From assembly GCA_016748015.1 (NCBI GenBank), contig JAAOMT010000128.1, positions 255,538 through 319,537 of the forward strand: 64,000 nucleotides of DNA, written 5' to 3'. Below the pieces are notes generated by a model. The model worked only from the letters and a program-made list of their open reading frames with translations, had not been told where the DNA came from and ran no database searches. The stretch's first letter is position 1; each line of letters begins with the position of its first letter. Both the position numbers and the translations under genes were made by a program. This document shows positions 26,101 through 38,557 of this stretch, piece after piece. The stretch comes from Geosiphon pyriformis uo1. Taxonomy: Eukaryota > Fungi > Glomeromycota.

Positions 26101-27177
26101 AAAAGAAAACAGAAGAGAACAGAATTTACCTGAAATGCAGACCAAGCTTGGAACACCAACCACGACTTAGAAGAACCACCAATTTGGGAATGGGATAAGA
26201 GAGAAAAAGGAAAAGAAAAAGTAAAGAAAGAGGAGCCACTACCAACTGCCAGTTACACTCCTTATACATACACACCACCACAATTATTGAGCTATCATTG
26301 ACCAAAGCTAATATGTATCAATTGCGATAAGAAATTGTCATTAATGGGCGCATGCTGTGGCGACAATGAGGAATACGCAACAGCAACCCAATTCTACTGC
26401 TGTGTGTGCATTCTAGAACACTTTGGAAGACCAAACCGAGTGGAGAAATGGGACAATACACCATGTTTAGCTTGTAAGGAGACACTTTTGGATGGAGGAA
26501 TGTAGAATGACATTCCTGGTTGAGGAGAAACATGTGACACTTTGTGCCAGTACATGATCCTCATCAGTGATTGGGTTAGAAAAGGGACATCCATAAAAGC
26601 CACCTAAAAAAGAACAGTATGATGATTGGACATTTGTCTACATGACAATGATGAAATCTGGAGAATGGCCCTCACCAAAATTCAAGGAGCATTACTTAAA
26701 AAAATCAAAGAAGTCAAGAACAACTCACCAGAACCCTTAGAACTCGATTGGGACAAAGAACCAGTCATAAATCTCCTGAAACCAGAAGAGTTTCATGAAC
26801 ATTATCAAACTTTGGTACCTACAAGAGAAGAACAAGAACAATGTTTGGTCCAAATAAAGACCAGACTATGTGACCACTGTTTAATCCCATGTGATTTCCA
26901 ATATTGTAATGAGTGTGACTTCATTTACAATCGACCACCATGCATAATCTACACAATCCCAGAGGAAAAAAAACCAATCAGCAGCTACATATCGGAATCA
27001 GAATCAATTTTCAATTCTGATTCCAACTCTGACAACTCTGACAACAAAAACACCAGTTCCAGCTTTGTCTAATATAACAAGAACAATGACAATGATTCCA
27101 ACTCAGATTTAAACCCCAATTCAAACTATAAACAATATATTGTGCTTCCTGACCTTACCAAGAAACAGAAACTTAAA

Positions 27178-27600
27178 TGGTTTAATGATAATAATGAAGG
27201 TATTATGCCAGAACGTGCACATAATACCAATGCTGGGTTTGATTTGAGGTATCCAGGAAAAGATATCATCAAATTGGAACCACATTCATGCACCTGTATT
27301 GATTTGAAAATAGCACTGGAAATTCCAGCAACAATAATAGTTCAATTAGCATCTAGAAGTAATCTAGTGAAAAAAGGGATAAATATCAGAAGAGGAATAA
27401 TTGATGCAAGATATGTAAAAAATATCATTGTCATGCTACAAAATAACTCAGAAAAAGCCTATATTATAGAGCCAAATAAAAAGATAGCACAGACAATATT
27501 TCTGTCTCTGGTTAAAGTAATTCAATTAATGCCAGTGGGAAACAGAGAAGAATTAGGGATAACAACAAGAGGGATACAAGGATTCAGATCCACAGATAGA
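27178..27600 (+). pseudogene. dUTPase domain within Gypsy B pol
   Basis: The five trimeric dUTPase motifs in order in ORF 27142-28059: AGFDL, ASRSNL, GIIDARY, KIAQTIF, RGIQGFRST. Confidence 0.88.
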
Positions 27601-30600
27601 ATAGATGTACCAGTCAATATGGTGGAGGAAAAAATTATTGGCCAAGAAGAAATTATCTCAACTGGTCAAACAATTTCCATTCCATCATATAGCCAATACA
27701 TGTTAGCAATAGAAAGGAGAGAGAAGGAACAAGAACAGATTTTTGAAGCAGAAGCAGCCCTTTGTAAATCAGGAAAAATTGGACTTATCAATCTATACAT
27801 ACCAGTCAAGAGTCATAACCATATCAAAATTTTCATCTACAACAACACCAAAAATGTTGTAGAGATACTGAAAAGAATCACTCTCAGATATTTAACCATA
27901 GAAATTGAAGATCAAGCACTAAGCAGCATTCCAAATTTTTTACAGCTTTGTGGATATGTGGACATTACATCACAAACTGTCTACAGACAAAACAAATGTT
28001 ATTTGTTACAGCCAGAACAATTGGAACAAATGAACATGAGAAATCTAGACTCACTTTAACAGATGCAACTAAAGATGTTACTCAATAATTTCAATGACAT
28101 TTTTGCCAGTAAAAACGAATTTGGCAGAACTGATATTATCCAGCATCAGATCAAGACTGAAGATACAATACCAATTAAACAGCAAGCATATAGAGTACCA
28201 CCAGCCAGCCATGAAATCATCCATCAAGAGATCAACTGAATGCTTAACAATGGGTTAATTCAGCCATCAATGAACCCATGATTGTCACCAGTAGTACTTG
28301 TCCATAAGAAGAATGGAAAAATCCAATTTTGTGTAGACTACAGGAAACTCAATAATGTAACTCGTGGAGACAGCTATCCAACTTCATGGATACAAGAACT
28401 ATTCGATGCTTTCAGTGGAAACAAATGGTTCTCAATATTAGACTTGGATAGTGGTTACTGACAAGTAGCCATGGATTCAGCTAACAAAGAAAAAACAGCA
28501 TTCACCACAAGAGAGAGAAACTTTGAGTTTGAAGTTATGCCATTCGGCTTAACCAATGCTCTAGCTACATTCCAATGGCTAATGGAAATTGTGTATACCA
28601 GCTTATTGTGAAAATCAGTAGTTGTATACTTAAATGACACCAATGTGTTCTCAAAAACATTCAACAATCATCTATGTCATCTTCAACAAGTGTTCAAAAG
28701 ACTACAATGAGCAGGATTAAAATTGAATGCAACAAAGTGTTTTTTTGACAAAACAGAACTAAAATTCTTGGAACACATAGTTAGCAAAGATGGCATAAAA
28801 ACAGATCCAGAGAAAATAGAGATAGTAAAGAACTTTCCAATACCAACCAATGTAACTGAGCTGAAATCATTCTTGGAATTTACGAGCTATTATAGATGCT
28901 TCATAAAGAACTTTTCAAAGATAGCACAACCATTCAATGATTTTCAAACCAAAAATGCAAAGTATAAATGGACTGAAACCCAGCAAGAAGCATTTGACAT
29001 CTTAAGAAAAAAGCTTATTCAAGCTTTAGTATTGATCTATCCAGATCATAGTAAACTATTCATTATTACTACTGATGCATTAGGTCAAGCATTAAGAGCA
29101 GTACTATCTTAGAGAAGACCAGATGGAAGAGAACATCCAGTTACATATCCCAGCTGAGGTTTAACACCAGCCAAAAAGAACTATGGAACACCAGAACAAG
29201 AACACTTAGCAATATACTGGGCAGTTATAAAATGGAAAGAATACTTGAGTCAGAAGTTTGAGGTGTATATAGATCACAAAGAAATAACATTACTTCAGAA
29301 ACAAAAATTTGGAAATGGCAGACAATCAAGATGGAAAATGGCACTCACACTATATACTTATACCATACATTATAAAAAGAGAAAAGACAATGGAAATACT
29401 GACAGTTTGTTACGAATGAGACAAATCTAAGAACATTTTAACCCAAAAATATAACAAAACCAAAACAATACTCACGAAAATATAACAAAAGATGAACACA
29501 CAAAAATATCAACAACTTCAACATTATATAGATACTCAACAGTTCAAGGAGAAATTATCTTAACCAGAACAAAAGAAAATCAAACAACAATCCAAATATT
29601 TTATTATTCACCAAAGTATACTTTATCAAAAAAATAGAAAAAATTCAGATCAACTAACCAGAGTAATTACAGAACTAGAAAAAGAAACAATACTATTCAA
29701 CATGCACTCAGATCTAGCTGCAAGACATTTTCATAAAGAAGCAACCATGGAAAGAACCAGAAAGAGATACTATTGGCCATCAAGTATCCAGACATTATCC
29801 AATATGTGCAAAATTGTGATGCTTGTCAAAGAAGAAAAGAAACAAGACCCAGCAAACCATTGAGACCAATCAAAGTGGGACAACCATTTGACTGTATTGG
29901 AATCAATTTAGTCAGACCATTAACAATTACCAGCAGAGACAACAAATACATTGCAGTAGCTATGGACTATCTTACTAAATGGCCAGAAAAAAAAGCAATC
30001 CAAAGAGTGGATGCAGAATCCATTGCTGAATTCATCTATTAAGATTTAATTTGTCAACATAGATGTCCAAAAGAACTATTATCAGACCAAGAAACCCATT
30101 TTGTGAATAGAACATTAGCAGAACTAAGCCAAAGATTCGGAATTAAGAGACCACTATCATTACCATACCATCCACAAACCAATGGATTAGTTGAAAGATT
30201 TAATAGAACATTGTGTGAAGCAATAGTGAAACTCAGCCAAGAAAACCAGGATGAATGAGATTTGTTCATACCATCAGTATTATTTGCTTATCGGACAATA
30301 AAACAAAACATCACACAAGCAACACTATTTGAATTAATATATGGTAGAACAGCAACATTATCAGTTAAGATAGAAGTTAACACATATCCAACTGAACTAA
30401 TAACAGAAGAAAATTTCCAAGAGACATTGTTAAGAAAAACATATGACCTAATGGAAACATTAGAAAACAAACAAAGAAGAGCAGCTGATAACATACAAAA
30501 GTCACAAGAGAAACAGAAGGAAAGACATGATAATTAACTACCAAACAAACCAGTTGAATTCAAGATTGGAGACAAAGTACTTTTACATCATACCAAAGTG

Positions 30601-31570
30601 GAAAAACAATGAAGTGAAAAATTCAACTCCAAATAGAATGGACCATTTTACATAGAAAAAATTCTAGGGAATGGAGCTTACAAATTAAGACTGAATAACA
30701 AAATCTTAACCAAAGCAGCACATGGAGATCAACTGAAACCATACCACAACATCACACCACTATCCACCAGTAATATTCTACAATTAGGAGTACAGAGGAT
30801 ACTAGTCCAACCAGAGGAGATTCCACAAGATCTGGAACCAATTATCATCATTAACAACAACATGTTAAATTAATCCATTAAAAGAATATATAAAAACATA
30901 GTAGACATAACAAGAAATATCAAAAAAATAGAAATTACAGACAATATCCACTCACTAGCACAACAACTCTTTCAATTAATTCAACACCAAGAGATAGAAA
31001 TTACAATTAATCAACAAACCATCCAATATCAAGACACTAGAAAAACAGTGCCACATAGAACACAGAAAAAAACAGAAAATACTGTTGACAAAATCATTGT
31101 GAAAGTAAAATTAGCAATAAAAGAGTTGACAAAAGAGTCACTATACCAAGAGTTGACTAAAGAAACTTGGAATTAGTGGATACAACAATTTCCAAGAAAC
31201 TATTGTTATTTTTACTTGGGACAACACGTGAATATCCAGAATCTATATATGGATAAAACAAAGTGATTATTTGACACAAGAATACTACAACAATTAAAAC
31301 ATTTTGTGGGAAAGAACAACTTATCTACACAGGCCTGAGCCATATACCAAATACACACAGCATTTCAGAATTGACCAGAAATCTTATTCAACAAAACAAT
31401 GGATACAGTTATCAGTAATCAATTAGGAAAGATCACCAATGCTCAATTTGAAAAATTACAGACTCAAATAACACAAGTAATTCTCAAAAATGAAATTCAG
31501 AAAATACTTCAAGAAGGGGAATTAACAGAGTTAGATTTCGATGGAGCTCAATATTAAAAGGAGAAAATAA

Positions 31571-32407
31571 TATTACTCATAGAAATATAGGGAATATATA
31601 TTAGCATAGTTATTAACCAATTAGAAGTAGACGTAGTAAAATGTGGAATTTCAGGATTCCTTTCAGAAATTGCAGGATTCCAGGAATTACAAGATTCTTA
31701 CAAGGAATTGCAGGATTCCAGAATCCCAGGATTTCTCTCAAAAAAATTACAGAATTCCAGGAATCCCAGAATTCCTGTTGTGAAGAATTGAAGAATCTCA
31801 ATTATGTATATATAGCAGTAGGATTAAAAGCTAAAAAGACAGACCTTCAAGTTTAGATTTTATCTAGACAACCTTCTAAACACAATAAATAACTATTTGG
31901 TATTTCAAACCTAATTCCACTATTAATACTCTATATTAATAGTAATTGATACTTAAACACACTGGAACAATAGCTTTTGATTATAGCTATTAATGGAATA
32001 CTGATTTGTAAAATCGCCTTGGCTTATTTATGATTTTCTTTTAATTTTTTTTATTTATTTTATTTTGATTTTATTGTTGTGCACTAATTGGTTGAATAAA
32101 GTGCTAGATTATTGACGTCAAGGATTGTCTGGTAAAAGACCCCTGTAAGAGGGTAGGACACATACAGAAGATATGGAATACTTACCAGAGGATTGCTGAC
32201 CATCATGCTGAGAGAAAAATTAACAGAATTGTGATTCTGGAAAGCTACAGATAAAACTACTATTGAATCTCTGTCTATTATACAAAGAACTCAAACAAAA
32301 ACTTTCAAATACAAAACCTTCAAATTAATAACATCAACGCGAATAACTTTTAGTACCAAGTTATGGGTTGTTATTTAATCCAATACCAGAATTAGTTATT
32401 TGTAACA
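31571..32407 (+). repeat. 3' LTR of Gypsy B (837 bp)
   Basis: TATTACTCATAG...TGTAACA, preceded by purine tract AAAAGGAGAAAATAA. Confidence 0.9.
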
Positions 32408-35400
32408 CTGGATTTAAAAAGATCTTTAATTAATAAGAAAATACCCAGATATTGGTATAATTCACTCTTTTTAACAATTGAAATAGGTGAACCATTAATT
32501 AATAGTAAAGCAGTCTTAACACTTTGATTGATGAGAATAGCCTTCATTTTATCATTATTAATTAAGATGTTATTGATCTCAAAAAACTTACTAGCAATGT
32601 TTAAAATATACTGCATAGAAGTCTGACAGCTTTTAACCCAAATTGTATTATCAACAAAGACACCAGCAGCCAAAAAAAAAGTTTTCCTTCCAACTGCCTC
32701 AATCCTGCCAGACTTTGCCACAAATCTAGTATCTATTCTGTATCTACACAAATGTTTATGTTTTTTTACCTCACACAACAATGAATCATAAAAAATCCTC
32801 TACAGGAGTGGAAAAAAGACCTCCCCTTGATCCAGCTTATTATGTACTCTATAATCTTTTGAGAGCCTAAAGTCAGTCATTATCTTGTTAATTCTATCCT
32901 CATAAATGTCACCAAAAAACTGGATGAACTGTTTATACATTTTGATGTGATGCAAGCTTGCTCTTAAATAATGCCAGCTTACCAAATTATAAGTTTTGCA
33001 CATATCTTGTAGTACCAACCAAAGTTCTCTATTCTTTTCTAGAACATCTTCAACAACAGATCCAATTGCAAAAATAGGAGACTAGATAGAAGTACCCTTC
33101 AACACCAAAAAATTATCACCATAAAGAACATTAAATATGCTACAAGCCAAAAATATCCAATCAAAAAAAATCTTAGATAAAATTTTATGTACAGTATTAA
33201 CTAATGTAATAGGCCTAGTATTTGTCAAAACATTATTCTATTCATAAGATTTTGGGATTATTGAAATCTATGCTCTCTTCCAAGCAGCTAGAACTATGCC
33301 CAAACTCAAACACAAATTCAGTAACTTCAAAAAACAGGCCAATATCTTCTCACCACAATGTTTCCAAAATTTATTAGATATCTCAGACAACCTAACTGCT
33401 TTATTGTTTGGCAAGCTATTAACAACCAAAAACAATTCTGCCATATCAATCTCTTTTATTACACCAGAGAAAGCATCATCATCTACATAATCCAAAAGCA
33501 TATATTGGCAAGACCAAAGATCAGACATTTTTGAGAGTACTAAATGCTTTCTTGTTTACTTTTTCATAATTTCATCAACTTTGAGCTTAATTTCTTCAAG
33601 TTTAACCACTAATTCATCATCTACCACCAAGTGATTTAGAACTACTTTGTGAAACAAACGTTCCAAAATGCTTCTTATTATCTACTCTTTGTCAGAACAG
33701 AAATTTTTCATATAATAGTTAATTGTTTTTCTAATGGTCATATTTTTAACAATCTTAGACTTACAATACTTAGATTTTCTGTACTTTTTTTTTACTACTA
33801 ACAAATGCTTAACTAGATCCATTGAGCTTGTATCATTCAGTATTATGCCAACAATCATAGATGCTTTGATCTTATCAATGTCTAACCAGACTTTTATTAA
33901 ACAGTCAAAGTTCAGAAAATTACCAGAATTCCAACATTTCACAATCTTAGCAATAAGCAGCTCTAATTTAAAGAATTTTGAAGATTGTTTATTTCTCAAG
34001 CAATCATATTCACTATACTAAATTTTAGAAAACACCACATTAGCAGCTTTGTATTACAGCTTTTTTTAGCAATTTCCACATTATATTTAAGTTATTATTG
34101 TTTTTTGCACTTTCAAACATGTCTGATTTGATTAACAGTTCAGCAAAAAAATGGTCTTTAAAGTCCAACCATTGAACATTATCTGTATCCTCCAATTTGA
34201 ACTTCTATTGGTTTTGGTTGGCTTGCTTGCAAGTGCTGATAAAATAAATATTCAAAAGTCCACCCAAATTAATTAAAACTGAAACTGACTTGTAATCTGT
34301 ATTAAAAAATCCTGACATATTATTGACTTTGTGTAATATAATTGCAGATGCCAAATTTCTACTTATAAAAACAAAATTGATCACCCTTTCAACACCTCTA
34401 GAATTGCTCTAAGTAGAAGCTTTGGCCAGTAAATGTTCATCAAAAGTGTTAACCAGACCCAAACCCAAACAAAACTTGAAACTTGTACTTTTCTTAGATT
34501 TATTTTCATTAAAGTTACCACCCAAAATCACAAAAGAGCTGGAATTGACAGCTTTAAAAACCATAAAATTGATATTAGCAGCTTGGCCAAAGTGTGTACT
34601 AACCAATACACTAGCATAGAAACCCAAGACTGTAATTAAAAACTTGTTTTTGAACAGAAGATATATAGAAATCAAGTGACCAGAAATCTCTTCAACTTTT
34701 AACACATGCTGAACCAAAAAAATGTCCATAATTATAGCAACACCAGTACCATAAAAACTCACATCCAAACCAGTAGTAAAAATTCAGATTTCATTAAACT
34801 TACTTATAATCCAAGGCCTAATGTTAGATCTCAATTTCATTTCAGTAACAATAGAAACCATATTACCCAATTCCTTATGCCAACAAACAATATCTTTCTG
34901 TTTAGCTAAATTTGTCATACCTTTAATATTACACATAGCCATCTTCCAAATAAGTCCATTTATTGAGATAAATGATATATTAAGAAACCTGAATTCATGT
35001 ACAACAGATTCAACTTCCCCAAAATTAAGCCAATAGAAACTTCAAGAGCCACTATCTTAAATTCCAAACCACCAATCTTGGAAGTAAGAACTTTTGAACT
35101 ATTCAGACCCAAATCCACCACTTTGTCTTTTACCATAGGAGATGGAAGAGGGAAAGATGGCCATAGAACATTCATAATTATATTAGCATCCAATATTGAC
35201 AGCATAAGAGCAGAAACAACTGGAGTTTTAACTTAAGAAACAGACACCAGAAGCACCAACTCTACATCATTTAATCTGTGCACAATATCTGATACTTGAT
35301 CAGTTAGCAATTCCAATAAGCATTCTAGTAAAGCCAGACAATTATCAATTAAAAAACCACCTTAAACAACTGGAGTGCTCCTTTTATCATATGAAATACT

Positions 35401-37945
35401 AAAAAAAGGAAAACCAAATCTAGAACCATAACTAAAATGAGAACCATTAGAAAAAAGAGCAAGAAAAACAACTTGTGTCTAAGACTTGCTGCCAAAGACA
35501 ACAGAACAGGAAATAAAAACACTCTTCTTTGCATATAGCTTTATCAGCTGAAAATGACACACTTCTAAAGTAATTTTTTTAAAGGTTTTTGAAGACTTAA
35601 AGACAGATGTAGTCAGTACATTATACTCCAAAGCAGAATGACCAAAATATCTATACTTTTTACAATAAATCAAATCCAATCTAGCCCAAAAAAGTTTAAT
35701 GTTACCAAAAATTGGCTCAGTATGAAATGCAGATTCCAAACTTTCCTCAAATTTAAAACTAATTACAGCACATCAAATCTGGTTACCAGAACCATAAAGT
35801 AATTAATGACACAGATTTTTTCACCAGTTCTATCCAAAAGAGTACTCAAATTATAAGCAGTTATTTTCATTGGCAAAGTAAACAGCAAAGCTCTAAACCA
35901 ATCTTTTGATGCCCATATATTACAATCTCCCATGGCTTTGGCTACACACACAAAATTTTTCCCGATTAGAAATAACTATCTTGTAACCAACAGATCAGCT
36001 TGACTTGATTCAGCAAATTCTACCACAGCCTTTTGCCATATTCCAATTAACTGAATTTTAATGAACACAATTTGACCAAATTTAGCTACTGCAGTGATGA
36101 TTATATCTTTGAGTGTATTCATGGGAATTTTTTTAATCACCACAGCCCAATCTGAATGGATGTCTTGTTTCTTGAGATCAATGTTTATGATAATTTCTTT
36201 TTCACTAACCAATAACACAACCTTTTCCATGCTGTTCTCTGAAGTGAAGATAGATCTGATGATTCCTTCAAACTTTGAGAGAGCAGTGGCCTTCCTAAAA
36301 CCATTAACAACTGAAAAAATTTTCCTAACAAACTGAGTTTTTGCCATCACTAATTTTTCTTCTACAGTTGAAAGATTGATATTTAAAGCAAAAAATTTTT
36401 TGATAAGCACTTTAATCTGAGTTTTCATTATTTTGGAATTAATCTACTTTTTTTTAAAAGAGATATTGAGAGAAAGAAGAAGATGAACTAGATTCTCATC
36501 TATTCCAAAATCAATAGTACCAATAGGGGAACCACTAACCAAATCAATATTAACTCTCTTAGCTTTGGGAGTTGTTGCTGTTATCTGAGTAGAAAAACCA
36601 ATCCAAAGTTATGAAAAAACATGATCAAAACATAACATAACACAGAATAGTGTGCAATAACATTGAATAACACATTATAACTTAGAATAATACAGGATAA
36701 CACATTATAATATAGGATAATACAGAATAATATGTAATAATACCAGATAATATGTTATAACATAGAATAATTAGTAATAATATAGAAAAATAAAGCAATT
36801 ACAGAAATAGCAAAGCAATAGTTAATAATAACAGAACAATCAAAAGCAATCTTGTAAAACAAAAAAAATGTATAAAATGAATAGCTGTAAAAGTTAAAAA
36901 GACATCCAGAAAAAAAATTAGACTTTCAGGAGTTAATTAGACTTTCGGAGTCAATTAAACTCACAGGTCATAATTATTAAATACTTCTCCTTTTAAGAAT
37001 AGTTGTTATCAACCAAAATGGAATTATATCAATAAAATATCTCTTCAATTCTTTAAATTCATGTTATTATTTACTATTTAACCTGCTGGCACAATAGCTT
37101 TTGATTATAACTATTAACAAAATACTTATTTCTTATTTTATTTTTTTTATTTTTTTTTATTTTTTTTATTTTTTATTTTTTTTTTGTGGAGCAGCAATAT
37201 AGAAAAATTGACTGTCTGGAAATAGACTTCGTGATAGCCTGGTAAAAGAGGGAGGCTTTCTCTAAGTTTTGGATATTAACATTATCTTGTTAACTTACCA
37301 GAAGGGTGAAAAGACAATGCCAGACCCTAATAACTGTGCTTATTAGCTTGGAAAAGATAGCTCACATTTATAAGAAGTTGCAATCAGTGAAAACCAAACC
37401 TCTGTGCCTTATAACTAAAGAACTCAACAGATAAATTAACATTCAGAAAAGACCTTTAGAGACTGATAAACATCAATCTTGTAAAAAACATATAATTTTA
37501 GAACACTAAATTAAAGCACCAAATATTACCACCATACCCTACCAAGTTTACCCATAATATCACAGCTGAACTGAGAAAAAAAGCACCACCTGAATTCACC
37601 ACAGTACTATTAAGCTCATTGTTACTGAACTCACTGTTTATGTCTAAATATATGCCCTTATTGATATCAGATTTGGTTAGAGAAATTTCTCTTTTATTGC
37701 CAGAGTGTTTAATATTGCCAACAAAGATCTTTTTCTTTTGAGAAAAAGTACCACCAACAGGACCATGAAGAGCACTTTTTGGAGTCTTTTTCTTAGATAT
37801 ACTGTTACTTAAAGCAGTCTTCAGGTTTACTATAAAAGAATTATTAATTTGAGAAATAATAAGAATAATAAAACAAGCAAGATAAAAACAAAAAACTTCT
37901 TTTTCAAAAATTACTCTTTGGAAAATTTGAATGAAGGAAAGAAAT
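32408..37945 (-). mobile_element. LINE 5' portion (ORF1, endonuclease, RT), interrupted by a solo LTR and truncated at the Gypsy B LTR
   Basis: ORF fragments 32392-36428 are homologous to 6637-10823. The ORF1 N-terminus (xSKKKTPKSALHG, ATG>ATA at ~37800) resumes after 37560. Confidence 0.85.
36607..37559 (+). repeat. Probable solo LTR (~950 bp) inserted in LINE ORF1
   Basis: Ends AGTTATG...CCATAATA (degenerate TGTTATG/CATAACA). Shares blocks with B LTRs (ACAATAGCTTTTGATTATAACTATTAACAAAATACT; ACTTACCAGA; AAAGAACTCAA). No coding sequence; TSD imperfect (TCCAA/TCACA). Confidence 0.65.
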
Positions 37946-38557
37946 AACTTTTGTTTTTATAGTTTTAAGATAAAATTCAATATGTTTTTTTTAAGAAATG
38001 GTTTTTTATCTATATTTTTGAATAGTATTATTTTAAGTTGTAAATTTTAGCAAATTATTAAATATTTTTATAAACTTTTTAATATTACATAATTTAAAAT
38101 ATTGTATTATTTAATTATAATATTTGTGTATTGTATAAATTAAATTAAAAATTTGGCTAAATAATAATTGGACGATTAATAATAAATTTAAAATAATAAT
38201 GTATACTAAATGATAATCAAAATAAAAGAATGATTTCATGTTTCTTATGAAGTATATAATTATATTTAGCCTTTTGTCAAAAATAAATTCAAAAATATTA
38301 CTTAAGTAAGATAATTACTATAATTCAAAACATTATTATGTCAGAAAAAAAGCATAACTTGTGAACTCAAAAGTTGACTATTACCCTCTGGGTAAAACAG
38401 TCTTTTTTTCAGTTAATTTTTGAGCCGAGCCACATTTTTTATATGCGAGTATTGGGGTAATGTTGGCACCGATCTGCTGATACAAACCTACTAATAGCAA
38501 AATTTCAGAATTTTCGGTAACTTGTGAAATTACAACTTTAAAAAGGGTAATTCCAAA

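Larger units (their letters stand above)
22268..32407 (+). mobile_element. Ty3/Gypsy LTR retrotransposon B with dUTPase (inactivated, probably chimeric)
   Basis: LTRs 22268-23121 and 31571-32407, PBS 23124-23141, PPT 31556-31570. Gag with CHNCGKQEHIRANC, protease LILDSGSAGSII (~25630), dUTPase, RT (~28060-28900), RNase H (TDA), integrase (CDACQ, IGINLV, NGLVERFNRTL). Confidence 0.93.

Noticed and set aside
30862-31557. Post-integrase ORF as a retroviral env
   Set aside because: No signal peptide, transmembrane stretch or furin site visible; it is in frame with pol.
4649-37800. Stop-codon readthrough or an alternative genetic code in TE ORFs
   Set aside because: All three stop types occur at Trp/Arg/Gln positions together with missense transitions, and host genes use the standard code, so this is mutation rather than recoding.
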